Source: Phycisphaera mikurensis NBRC 102666
GTDB taxonomy: Bacteria; Planctomycetota; Phycisphaerae; Phycisphaerales; Phycisphaeraceae
Reading direction: 5' to 3'
Assembly (NCBI RefSeq): GCF_000284115.1
Contig: NC_017080.1
Location: forward strand, 30,001 to 62,000
Length of the DNA stretch: 32,000 bases
The position numbers and the translations under genes were made by a program. This document shows, piece after piece, positions 8,995 to 17,461 of this stretch (positions are counted from its first letter, which is position 1; each line of letters starts with the position of its first letter). Below the pieces are notes generated by a model that saw nothing but the letters and a program-made list of their open reading frames with translations, searched no databases and had not been told where the DNA came from.

Positions 8995-9510
8995 TCATCG
9001 GGCGGCGGCGAGCCGGTCGAGCGTGGCGGCGTCGCCGCCGCGGACCAGAAGCGGCTCGGCCTCGAGGAGCAGGCGGTCCGCGGCGGCTTCGGCCTCGGGG
9101 CCGCCGAGCAGGCGGAGCGTGACGGCGGCCTCCAGAAGGGCCGGGCCGTGGAGCGGTCCGCCGGCGGGCCCGGCGGCGGCGGAGCGCAGGAAGGCGAGCG
9201 CCGCGTCCAGCCGGAGCGTCCGGGCCGCCCCCGCTTCGGCGGCCGCCCGTGCCCGGACCCGCAGGGCGACGCCGGCGAGCAGGTGGTGGCGGGCCCGGCC
9301 GTCGGCGTCCCCGGGCGGGCGGCGGTCCAGCGCGGCGAGGGCGGCCGCGGCCGCGGCGGCGTCGCCCGCCGCGGCCGCCCGCTGCAGCTCCGCCGCGGGG
9401 CGGTCGCCCGCGAGGGCCGCGGGGGCGGTCCACGCGGGCATCTCCCGCCCGAGCGCGGGCGTCGCGAGCAGCCCGACGGCCGCGAGAATCAGCAGGAGGT
9501 TCCTCTTCAT
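8995..9510 (-). CDS. Predicted exported Ala-rich protein (possible TPR-like) in the ExbBD cluster
   Basis: MKRNLLLILAAVGLLATPALGREMPAW signal peptide; start overlaps the stop of the upstream vWA gene. Confidence 0.65.
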   Translation of the reverse strand: MKRNLLLILAAVGLLATPALGREMPAWTAPAALAGDRPAAELQRAAAAGDAAAAAAALAALDRRPPGDADGRARHHLLAGVALRVRARAAAEAGAARTLRLDAALAFLRSAAAGPAGGPLHGPALLEAAVTLRLLGGPEAEAAADRLLLEAEPLLVRGGDAATLDRLAAAR

Positions 9511-10475
9511 CGCAGGCCCATGTCCTCTTCGCTCACGAAGGTGTACGTGCCGCCGGTCGCGGCGGCGATCTTCTCCAGCGTGCCCGCCTCGCCCGCGGCC
9601 TGCCAGCGATCCTGGTTCAGGAACTGGATCGTGTTGATCTTGGTGTTGCTGCGGTTCACCTCGGCGATCCGCTCCAGCAGGTCCGCCTGCTCGATCTGGT
9701 ACTCCGCCCGCCCGGTGATCTCATCGGACAGAAGAAAGACCAGCTGCGGCCGGTACCGCTCGAGCGCCTGCCGCAGCGCCGGCACCGGGTCCCCCGACCC
9801 GATCGCGTACACGTTGCCCGCGTCGAGGTCGATCCACGAGGCGACGTCGTTCTTGCGCTGCGTGCTCGCGGGCTGGAGCCCCGCCGGCGGCACCTCGCGG
9901 AAGGGCTCGCCCTCGAAGTCGCCGAAGAAGATCACCGCGAACCGCTGCTCGTTGCTGAGCTTTCGGATCGAGGCCTTGAGCTCCTGGATCACGAAGGGCA
10001 GCTCCGCCACGCCGCCGCCGGAGGCGTCGATGAGGAAGACCAGCTCGCGGGCGTCGCCGCCGCGGCTGCCCATGAACGTGGCGGCGAGCTGCGCCGGCGG
10101 CGCCGCGGGGGGGGGCGGCGGCGGCGGCGGCGGGCCGACGGCCAGGGCCGGCAGCGGCGGCGCGGCGGGCGCCGCGGGCGCGGGCGGCGGCGGGACCGGC
10201 GGCGGTGGCACGGCCGAGGGCACCGGGGGCGGTGTCGCCTCGGTCGCGGGCGTGGGCGTGGTCACCACCACCGCGTCGTCGGGCGTGTCGGCCAGCTCCA
10301 GGAGCGGCGAGACGTCCTCCTTCTGCGCCTGCACGACCGTCCAGACCGCAAGCCCCGCGACGGCGATGACCAGGGCGTGCGCGACGATGGACACCACCCA
10401 CGGCATCGCCCGCGTGAAGAAGTCCGCCTCGCGCGGCGGCACGCTCCGGCCGCTGTTCGTGATTCCCTCGGCCAT
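9507..10475 (-). CDS. vWA-domain protein with TonB-like N-terminal TM and Pro-rich linker (copy 1)
   Basis: AMPWVVSIVAHALVIAVAGLAVWT TM, long PPPPVPPPPAPAAP... linker, then ELVFLIDASGGGVAELPFVIQELKASIRKLSNEQRFAVIFFGD...LVFLLSDEITG...INTIQFLNQ...AAATGGTYTFV. Confidence 0.85.
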   Translation of the reverse strand: MAEGITNSGRSVPPREADFFTRAMPWVVSIVAHALVIAVAGLAVWTVVQAQKEDVSPLLELADTPDDAVVVTTPTPATEATPPPVPSAVPPPPVPPPPAPAAPAAPPLPALAVGPPPPPPPPPAAPPAQLAATFMGSRGGDARELVFLIDASGGGVAELPFVIQELKASIRKLSNEQRFAVIFFGDFEGEPFREVPPAGLQPASTQRKNDVASWIDLDAGNVYAIGSGDPVPALRQALERYRPQLVFLLSDEITGRAEYQIEQADLLERIAEVNRSNTKINTIQFLNQDRWQAAGEAGTLEKIAAATGGTYTFVSEEDMGLR

Positions 10476-10629
10476 GACGCGTCTCCCCCGGGGCATCAAC
10501 CTTACCGGGCACCCGGCTGGACCGGCGGGCACGCGGCGCCGGCGACGCCCGGGACCCCGCCCGGAGCGGGGCGGTCCGCAACCCCCGCTGCGCGAGGCAC
10601 GACCGCTTCGCACGCCCGCGCCGCCCCGA

Positions 10630-11685
10630 TCAGAAGCCCACGAAGCGGTGCGTCCCCCCGGTCACCGCGCTCATCAGCTCCAGCGTCGGCTTCCCGCCGT
10701 CGGCGGGGGCGGCGGCGCGGTCGACGAACTGGACCGTGTGGATCGCGGTCTCCGCGGCGACCCGCGTGGCCGCGGCAACCAGCCGCACCCGGGTGCCGGC
10801 GGGATCGACCCGGCCGTCCACCTGGTCGGACAGCAGGATCACCGTGTCGGGTTCGAGGGCCAGCGCCGCCTCGAGCGCCGCCGCCGCGTCGGCGCGGCCG
10901 GCGGGGAGCACGTGGCCGGCTTCGGGCGAGACGAAGGCGGCGCTGGCCCGCAGCAGGTCGCGTCGCGCGGCGGCCATGCGGCCGGGCGGCACCGCCACAG
11001 CCCGGCCGTCCAGGAAGAAGACGACGGCGTAGGACTGGGCCGGGCCGAGGCTCAATAGCGACCTCTCCAGCTCGCGCTGCACCGAGGCGAAGCTGTCGAT
11101 GAGCGAGCCGCTCGCGTCGATGAGGTAGACCGTGCGCCAGCCGGCGGGCAGGCCGAAGAAGGCGCCCGTCTCGAATTGGGCACGCCCGGCCCGCGGGACC
11201 GGCTGGGTGGTGAGCTCGGCCTCCCCGGCGGCGGGAGCCGGAGCCGAGGCCGACGCGGAGGCCGGGCCAACGGCGGACGCCGCCTCGGGCCCGGCCTCCC
11301 AGCGGACCTCGCCGAAGCCGCCGCGGCCGTCGTCGATGCGGTGCCGGGTCGGCCCCCGGGAGACGAGGCCCGCCGGAGCCGGGGCCGGGGTTGTCGCCGC
11401 CGCTGTCGCGGCCGCGGCCGCCGGCGCGGCGGGCCGGGCCTCCGCCGCCGCGGGCAAGCCGGCGCCGGCGGCGGCGGCGGCGGGCCCCGGAGCCGCCCGC
11501 TTGCCCAGCGGCACCAGCGACGGCCCGGCCGCCGGGCCGGTGGATGCCCGGGCGATCGGGTGCTCGCCGCCGAGGCCCAGCGAGACGCCGATGAGGGCGG
11601 TCGCGGCGAGGCCGATCACCAGGTGTGCGGCGAGGGCGCGGTGCGTGCCGCGGGCGGGTTGGGGGTCGTGCGGGTCGGTTGCCAA
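10630..11685 (-). CDS. vWA-domain protein with N-terminal TM and Ala/Pro-rich linker (copy 2)
   Basis: RALAAHLVIGLAATALIGVSLGLGG TM; Ala/Pro linker; WRTVYLIDASGSLIDSFASVQRELERSLLSL...AVVFFLDG...TVILLSDQVDG...IHTVQFVDR...VTGGTHRFVGF. Start uncertain: TTG at 11685 suggested, ORF open to 11754. Confidence 0.75.
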   Translation of the reverse strand: MATDPHDPQPARGTHRALAAHLVIGLAATALIGVSLGLGGEHPIARASTGPAAGPSLVPLGKRAAPGPAAAAAGAGLPAAAEARPAAPAAAAATAAATTPAPAPAGLVSRGPTRHRIDDGRGGFGEVRWEAGPEAASAVGPASASASAPAPAAGEAELTTQPVPRAGRAQFETGAFFGLPAGWRTVYLIDASGSLIDSFASVQRELERSLLSLGPAQSYAVVFFLDGRAVAVPPGRMAAARRDLLRASAAFVSPEAGHVLPAGRADAAAALEAALALEPDTVILLSDQVDGRVDPAGTRVRLVAAATRVAAETAIHTVQFVDRAAAPADGGKPTLELMSAVTGGTHRFVGF

Positions 11686-11824
11686 GGGAAGCCTCGGGGA
11701 AAGATGCGGTCGGTGGCGGCTTTCATCGACCACGGCGCGGGCGTGGCGCCACACGCGGGGCGCGGTCGGCGCCGCGGTGGCGGGGTCCCACCGGCCCGGA
11801 GAAGACGCCCCACCGCCGGGCCGC

Positions 11825-12424
11825 TCAGCCGGCCGCGGCGAGCACCTTGTCCACGTACGCCCGGGTCATCGGACCCGCGTGCGCCGCGACGAGCCGCTCG
11901 GAGCTCATCTGCGGGTTCTCGCGGAGCAGCCTCGCCACGCGGGTCGGGCCCATGTGGTACGCCGCGACGGCGAGCCGCCGGTCGCCGTCGAAGCGCTCCA
12001 GCAGGTAGGCGAGGTAGCGGCTGCCGACCTCCACGTTGTGCACCGGGTCGAAGAGGTCGCCCGCCTCCATCCCGAAGCGACGCTGCGCTTCCTTGTGCGT
12101 CATCGGCATGATCTGCATCAGCCCGTGGGCGCCGGCGGAGGACACGGCATCAGGGTTGCCGCCGCTCTCGCAGAGCACCACGGCGCGGAGCAGCGCCGGG
12201 TCGAGGCCGTGCCGGGCGGACGCGTCGTCGAGCAGGTCCGACCAGTGCGACACCGTCCAGCCGCCGGCGGGGGCCCCGCGGCCCGCGTCGCCGCCGCCCC
12301 GCCACGCCAGGCCGATCGCGACCAGCAGCAGCGCGACGCCGGCGGAAGCCGCCAGCAGCCGGAGCGTGCCGCCGGGCCGCTCCGCCAGGTGCGCCCGCCA
12401 GCCGTTGCGGCCGCGACGCCTCAC
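11825..12424 (-). CDS. Lytic transglycosylase, SLT/LysM-less, membrane-anchored
   Basis: LLRAVVLCESGGNPDAVSSAGAHGLMQIMPMTHKEAQRRFG...NVEVGSRYLAYLLERFDGDRRLAVAAYHMGPTRV; N-terminal TM; GTG start at 12424 plausible. Confidence 0.85.
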   Translation of the reverse strand: MRRRGRNGWRAHLAERPGGTLRLLAASAGVALLLVAIGLAWRGGGDAGRGAPAGGWTVSHWSDLLDDASARHGLDPALLRAVVLCESGGNPDAVSSAGAHGLMQIMPMTHKEAQRRFGMEAGDLFDPVHNVEVGSRYLAYLLERFDGDRRLAVAAYHMGPTRVARLLRENPQMSSERLVAAHAGPMTRAYVDKVLAAAG

Positions 12425-12539
12425 CGGCGGGCTCCCGCCCGCGGGGCGCCGCGGACCGTGCGGCCCGACGCCGGTTGAGGCCCGCGGTCCGCGGAAGCCC
12501 GGCGCCGCGGAGCGTCGCGCGTGCCCGGCGGCGACCCGC

Positions 12540-13472
12540 TCACGAGAACAGCGCCTCGACGAAGGCCGCGGGCTCGAAGGGCGCGACGTCGGCGGGCGTC
12601 TCGCCGAGGCCAACGAACTTCACCGGCAGGTTCAGCGCCTCGCGGATCGCGACGACGATGCCGCCCTTGGCGGAGCCGTCGAGCTTGGTGAGGAAGATGC
12701 CCGTCACCTCCGTCGCCTCGCTGAAGACCCGCGCCTGGTTCACGCCGTTCTGGCCGGTGGTCGCGTCGATCACCAGCAGCACCTCGTGCGGTGCGCCGGG
12801 GATCTGCTTGGCCACCACGCGGCGGATCTTGGAGAGCTGGTCCATCAGCGGCTTCTGCGTGTGCAGCCGGCCGGCGGTGTCGAGGAGGAGCACGTCGACC
12901 CCGCGGGCGACGGCGGCCGCGGCCGCGTCGAAGGCCACCGCCGCGGGGTCGCCGCCCTGGCTCCCTCGCACCACCTGCACGCCGAGCCGCTCGGCCCATA
13001 CGCCCAGCTGCTCGACCGCGGCGGCGCGGAAGGTGTCGCAGGCCGCGAGCAGCACGGTCTGCTCGCGGTCCCGCAGCACCTTGCAGAGCTTCGCGATGGA
13101 GGTGGTCTTGCCGGCACCGTTGATCCCGGCCACGAGGATCACGGTCGGGCCGGCGCCCGGGGCCGCCGCGGCGAGCGTGCGGTCTTCGTCGGGGAAGTAC
13201 GCCACGAGCTGCTCCTTGAGCATCGGCAAAGCCTCGTCGCCGGTGGCGACCTCGCCGCGTTCCCACATCGCCTCCAGGTCCTTCCGCAGCTCGATCGCCG
13301 TCTTCACGCCGACGTCGGCGCTGATCAGCGCCTTCTCCAGGTCCCGGAGCACGGCCTTGGACAGGGGCTTGCCCAGCAGCACACGCTTGATCGCCCCGCC
13401 CGTGGCGGAGCCGGCGCCGCCGCGCGAGAGGCCCTTCTTCAGGGTGTCGACGACGGAGCGGAAGAGGGCCAC
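12540..13472 (-). CDS. ftsY: Signal recognition particle receptor FtsY (NG domain)
   Basis: VILVAGINGAGKTTSIAKLCKVL, ACDTFRAAAVEQL, LLLDTAGRLHTQKPLMDQL, TGQNGVNQARVFSE, ITKLDGSAKGG (here FLTKLDGSAKGGIVVAI), VKFVGLGETPADVAPFEPAAFVEALF. Confidence 0.97.
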   Translation of the reverse strand: MALFRSVVDTLKKGLSRGGAGSATGGAIKRVLLGKPLSKAVLRDLEKALISADVGVKTAIELRKDLEAMWERGEVATGDEALPMLKEQLVAYFPDEDRTLAAAAPGAGPTVILVAGINGAGKTTSIAKLCKVLRDREQTVLLAACDTFRAAAVEQLGVWAERLGVQVVRGSQGGDPAAVAFDAAAAAVARGVDVLLLDTAGRLHTQKPLMDQLSKIRRVVAKQIPGAPHEVLLVIDATTGQNGVNQARVFSEATEVTGIFLTKLDGSAKGGIVVAIREALNLPVKFVGLGETPADVAPFEPAAFVEALFS

Positions 13473-13532
13473 GGGGCGGAGCAGCGACGGGAGGAACGGG
13501 GGACGACGGAGGGCGGGAGGCGGCCCGCGGGT

Positions 13533-14477
13533 TTAGGCGTCGCGGCGGGCGGCGGCGGCGGACCAGGGGTCGGCGGGGGCGTCGGGACCGGGGTCCGCGT
13601 CCCGCCCTCGCTCCGCCGGCGGCTCCGCCCGGCGGGCCTCGGCCTCGGCGGCCTGCCGCTCGCGCTCCTCGCGGAGCTCCTGGGCGTCGCGCTTCGGGCC
13701 GACCTTCGCGGCCATCTCGGCCTTCCGCTGGCGGAAGCGTTCGCGCTGGCCGCGGCGGGCCTCGGCGGCGCCGGCGGGCGGCGGCTTCTCGCCCCGGCGG
13801 ACGGGGCCGGCCGCGTCACCCGCCGCCGCCGCCCCGGGCGACGCGCCGCGGGCGATCGCGTCGAGCACGGCGTTCACGAAGCCGGGCGTGCGGTCCTCGC
13901 CGAAGGCTTTGGCCAGCTCGACCGCCTCGTCGAGGACCACCGCGGGGGGCGCCCGCCGCGTCGCCAGCTCGTGGTGGGCGAGCCGGAGGATGGCGCGGTC
14001 GACCGGCGGCTGGCGGAGCGTCGGCCACGCCGGCACCTGCGCCACGACGGCCGCGTCCGCCGCCTGGTGGCCGGCCCAGGCGGCGAGGGCCAGCGCGACC
14101 GCGGCTTCCTTCGCGGCGTCGGTCTGCTCGGCGTGGCCGTCGGGCTCGTCCTCGTCGTCGAAAGGCTCGTCCAGCGCCTCGAGCAGGCGAGCGGCCGGGG
14201 CGTCGGGCTCGGTTCCGAGGAGGTAGAGGGCCTGCACCGCGAGGCGGCGGACGGAGCCGGGGTCCACGCGGGGCGACGGAGCCGGCCGCGCGTCCGCCGG
14301 CGTCGGCGCCGGCGGGGGCGTCTCCGCGGCGGGCCGGGGGCGCGGCGGGTCCGTCGGCGGCAGCGGCGTTCCCGCGGCCTCCCCGGTCGCCGCACCGGGC
14401 CCGGGCGGCCGCTGCAACGCCGCCCGCAGCCACGGATCCTCCGCCGCCGGCTCTGATTTCGCGGTCTCTTCGGGCAC
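13533..14477 (-). CDS. nusB: Transcription antitermination factor NusB-like protein with long disordered N- and C-terminal extensions
   Basis: Core RRLAVQALYLLG...WPTLRQPPVDRAILRLAHHELATRRAPPAVVLDEAVELAKAFGEDRTPGFVNAVLDAIA is NusB-like. Confidence 0.85.
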   Translation of the reverse strand: MPEETAKSEPAAEDPWLRAALQRPPGPGAATGEAAGTPLPPTDPPRPRPAAETPPPAPTPADARPAPSPRVDPGSVRRLAVQALYLLGTEPDAPAARLLEALDEPFDDEDEPDGHAEQTDAAKEAAVALALAAWAGHQAADAAVVAQVPAWPTLRQPPVDRAILRLAHHELATRRAPPAVVLDEAVELAKAFGEDRTPGFVNAVLDAIARGASPGAAAAGDAAGPVRRGEKPPPAGAAEARRGQRERFRQRKAEMAAKVGPKRDAQELREERERQAAEAEARRAEPPAERGRDADPGPDAPADPWSAAAARRDA

Positions 14478-14557
14478 GGCCGCAGACTACGCGGAGGGAC
14501 CGGCCCCGGTTGCGCTACATTCCGTGCCGGCTTCCCACCCCGGGCACGAGTCTCCCC

Positions 14558-15058
14558 ATGATCAACATCTACATCGGCAACCTGCCTTACAAGACCGGCG
14601 AGGCCGACCTCGCCGACCTCTTCTCGCGCTTCGGCACGGTGGAGCGGGCGACGATCGTCAAGGACCGCGACACGGGCCGCTCGCGAGGCTTCGGCTTCGT
14701 GGAGATGGAAGACCACGCCGCGGGCACGCTCGCCATCGAGACGCTGCTCGCCGAGGAGTACAACGGCCGGCCGCTCACGATCAACGAGGCACGCCCACGC
14801 GGCGGGGGCGGGGGCGGCACCGGCGGGGGCGGCGGCGGTTCGCCGTCGCGCAGCCCGTCGCCGCCCGCTTCCGCCCCGCCGCGGGCGCCGCGGACCAGCT
14901 TCGGCAACTCGATCGGCTACTCCAACCAGCTCGCCGAGGGACGCGCCGCCGCGGAGAGCGGCAGAGCAGAACCCGACCCCGCGGCCGAGCCCGAGGACGC
15001 GTCGGTGCCCGAGCCGCCGGTGAGCCGGGGGTACACCAACGACTTCCTGCCCGGTTGA
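14558..15058 (+). CDS. RNA-binding protein, single RRM with Gly-rich tail
   Basis: RNP motifs: INIYIGNLPYKTGEADLADLFSRFGTVERATIVKDRDTGRSRGFGFVEM...YNGRPLTINEARPRGGGGGG. Confidence 0.92.
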   Translation: MINIYIGNLPYKTGEADLADLFSRFGTVERATIVKDRDTGRSRGFGFVEMEDHAAGTLAIETLLAEEYNGRPLTINEARPRGGGGGGTGGGGGGSPSRSPSPPASAPPRAPRTSFGNSIGYSNQLAEGRAAAESGRAEPDPAAEPEDASVPEPPVSRGYTNDFLPG

Positions 15059-15060
15059 GT

Positions 15061-15090
15061 GCGGCCCCCGAGGCACCGCCCGCGGGCCGC
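15061..15090. terminator. Hairpin between convergent RRM and ribBA genes
   Basis: GCGGCCC (15061-15067) pairs with GGGCCGC (15084-15090) immediately after the RRM stop; no U-tract. Confidence 0.35.
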
Positions 15091-15135
15091 AGGCAGCCGG
15101 GTCCGCGTGGCGGAATGAAGGTCCCCCAGGTCCTC

Positions 15136-16377
15136 TCAGCCCGCCGCGCCGGGCGCCACCTCGCTGTCGATCTCCAGCCCGAAGCCCGCGAGCGACCCGC
15201 GCTGCGCCGGATGGCCCGGGTGCCGGGTGATCAGCTTGAGCTTCCGCACGCCCAGGTCGCGCAGGATCTGGCAGCCGATGCCGTGGTCGCTCTTGTGCAC
15301 GACGGCCGGGGTGTCGGCCGCGGCGGCCCGGTCGGGGTCGGGCCGCACGCGCTCGTCGTGCGGGTCGGGCGGGCCGTCGGCCAGCGTCGCGCGGCGCGTG
15401 TGCAGGTCGCGGACGAGCCCGCGGCCCATCGCCTCGTGCCGCAGGTAGACCACCGCGCCGCGGCCGGCCCGCTCGATCATCGCCATCGAGGCCTCCAGCG
15501 TCTCGCCGGAGGGCTGCTCGCGGTCGCCGAACACGTCGCCGAGCAGGTTCTGGCTGTGCATCCGCACCAGCACCGGCTCGGGGTCGTCGGCGACGCGGCC
15601 GAGCGGATCGGCCGCGCCCACGTCGCCCTTGACCAGCGCCACGTGCGGGAAGGGGTCGACGTCGCTGGAGTAGGCGATCAGCGTCCAGTCGCCGAAGGCG
15701 TTGGTCAGCGGCCGCTCGGTCACGCGGCGCACCAGCCGGTCACGCTCGAGCCGGTGGCCGATGAGGTCGGCGACGGAGCACGCCGGGAGCGCGTGCTCGC
15801 GGCACAGCCGGTCCAGGTCGCTCTGCCGGGCCATCGTTCCGTCGGGGTTCATCACCTCGATGCCGACCGCCGCCGGCCGGCAGCCGGCCAGCCGCATCAG
15901 GTCGATGAGCCCCTCGGTGTGGCCGGCCCGCACGAGCGTCCCGCCCTCGCGGGCCCGCAGCGGCTGCACGTGGCCGGGCCGGTCGAAGTCGCCCGGCTCC
16001 GCGTCGGCCGCCGCGAGGCGCCGGATCGTCGCGGAGCGATCGGCCGTCGACACGCCCGTCGTCACGCCGAAGGCCTCCGCCGCGTCGACCGTCAGCGTGT
16101 ACGCGGTGCCGCGCTGCGTGGTGTTCACGCGGTGCTGCGGCGGCAGGTCGAGCCGGTCGCAGGTCTCGCCGTCGAGCGCCACGAAGAGCATGCCGCGGCC
16201 GTGGGTGAGCATGAAGTTGATGACCTCCGGCGTCGCGTGCTCCGCCGCGCACAGGAGGTCGCCCTCGTTCTCACGCTGCTCGTCGTCGATGAGCACCGCG
16301 ATGCGGCCGGCGCGGAGCGCCTCCACCACGGGCACGATGGGGTCCGGTGAGGCGGCGGGGGCGGAGGAGGCGGGCAT
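15136..16377 (-). CDS. ribB: 3,4-dihydroxy-2-butanone-4-phosphate synthase fused to a degenerate GTP cyclohydrolase II domain
   Basis: DHBPS motifs: IAVLIDDEQRENEGDLLCAAEHATPEVINFMLTHGRGMLFVAL, GVTTGVSTADRSATIRRLA, RPGHVQPLRAREGG, RAGHTEGLIDLMRLAG, EVMNPDGTMAR. C-terminal RibA-like region retains VRMHSQNLLGD but not the Cys cluster. Confidence 0.92.
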   Translation of the reverse strand: MPASSAPAASPDPIVPVVEALRAGRIAVLIDDEQRENEGDLLCAAEHATPEVINFMLTHGRGMLFVALDGETCDRLDLPPQHRVNTTQRGTAYTLTVDAAEAFGVTTGVSTADRSATIRRLAAADAEPGDFDRPGHVQPLRAREGGTLVRAGHTEGLIDLMRLAGCRPAAVGIEVMNPDGTMARQSDLDRLCREHALPACSVADLIGHRLERDRLVRRVTERPLTNAFGDWTLIAYSSDVDPFPHVALVKGDVGAADPLGRVADDPEPVLVRMHSQNLLGDVFGDREQPSGETLEASMAMIERAGRGAVVYLRHEAMGRGLVRDLHTRRATLADGPPDPHDERVRPDPDRAAAADTPAVVHKSDHGIGCQILRDLGVRKLKLITRHPGHPAQRGSLAGFGLEIDSEVAPGAAG

Positions 16378-16465
16378 CGGGGGAGAAAGCTAGCGCCCGA
16401 GCGGGCCGTGGCGGCCGGCGGGAACGCGGCCTGCCTCCGCCGCCGGCGGCTGTCATAGTGGTCGC

Positions 16466-17419
16466 ATGAACCTCTCCGGGGAATCGCGTCGGGCGCTGCT
16501 GCGCCTCCTGCTCGCCGCCGTGCTGCTCGCGGCCCCGGCCCGGGCGGGGGAAGCGGTCGCCATCGAGGTGGACGTGGCGCTGGTGCGGCAAGCCTTCGTG
16601 GAGGTCCATGCCGGGCACTCGGCGGACGAGGTGGTGGTGCAGGAGGGCCTCAACGCGGCCTTCCTCAACGCCTGCGCCCGCCTGCACCGGCGCAGCGCGG
16701 ACCGCTTGGGCGAGGCGAAGATCGTGGCGTTCACCACGGCGTGCAATCGGGCGCTGCTCAACCTGCGGAAGGCCGGCGGGCTCCGCGGCGAGGACGCCCG
16801 GACGACCCGCCGCCACGCCGACCGGGAGGGTGCCCCCCCGCCGGACGCGTACCGGCACGCGGCGGAGATCGCGGCGCGGCGGGTGACCGACGCCCACGCC
16901 GCGACGCTCGACGACGTGCTCTGCGACCCGACCCTGCGGGCGGCCTTCGCGGCGGAGGGGCACGCGCTGGCGGGGCCGGTGGAGGGCCTCCGCGACGAGG
17001 ACCTGCGGCGGGCGGCGCTCACGCTGCGGAAGAGCCGGCGGCTGCGGCCGGAGCTGGTCGTGCGGGTCGCGGATTGGGGCCGGACGATGGGCGACGCGCC
17101 CGCGGGCGAGCTGGCGGCGGCCTTCGCCGGAAGCGAGGAGCCGGTGCCCGCCGCGCCGGGCGTCTACCTCCTCGCCGACGGCGGCGGCTACCTGTACATC
17201 GGCGAGGCGTTGGACCTGGCGGCCCGGCTGCGTCAGCACCTCGACGAGAGCGACCGCACGGCGCTGCGTCACCACCTGCTGGAGAACGGGCTGGCCGGGG
17301 TGACCGTGGAGTGGCACGCCTTCGACCCGGCGAGCGACGCGCGGCTGGCCCGGTACCGGCGGGCCTACGAGAGCGACCTGATCGCGTCGCGCCGCCCGCG
17401 CTTCAACGTGCGGCCCTGA
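16466..17419 (+). CDS. Predicted exported protein with C-terminal GIY-YIG nuclease-like domain
   Basis: Signal-like N-terminus ALLRLLLAAVLLAAPARAGE; C-terminus GVYLLADGGGYLYIGEALDLAARLRQHL...YESDLIASRRPRFNV resembles UvrC-type GIY-YIG. Confidence 0.75.
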   Translation: MNLSGESRRALLRLLLAAVLLAAPARAGEAVAIEVDVALVRQAFVEVHAGHSADEVVVQEGLNAAFLNACARLHRRSADRLGEAKIVAFTTACNRALLNLRKAGGLRGEDARTTRRHADREGAPPPDAYRHAAEIAARRVTDAHAATLDDVLCDPTLRAAFAAEGHALAGPVEGLRDEDLRRAALTLRKSRRLRPELVVRVADWGRTMGDAPAGELAAAFAGSEEPVPAAPGVYLLADGGGYLYIGEALDLAARLRQHLDESDRTALRHHLLENGLAGVTVEWHAFDPASDARLARYRRAYESDLIASRRPRFNVRP

Positions 17420-17461
17420 GGGCTCGACCTCCGACACATCCTCCCAAACCCGCCGATGCCC

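Noticed and set aside
7618-11685. Classical TonB or Tol-Pal system
   Set aside because: No TonB C-terminal domain, Pal, TolB or TonB-dependent receptor is seen in the window; only the N-terminal layout is TonB-like.
12036-14456. 806-aa plus-strand ORF across ftsY and nusB
   Set aside because: Complement of clearly identified FtsY/NusB/transglycosylase genes; low-complexity translation.
14524-16350. 608-aa plus-strand ORF over the RRM and ribBA genes
   Set aside because: Overlaps the real RRM gene in another frame and is antisense to ribBA.
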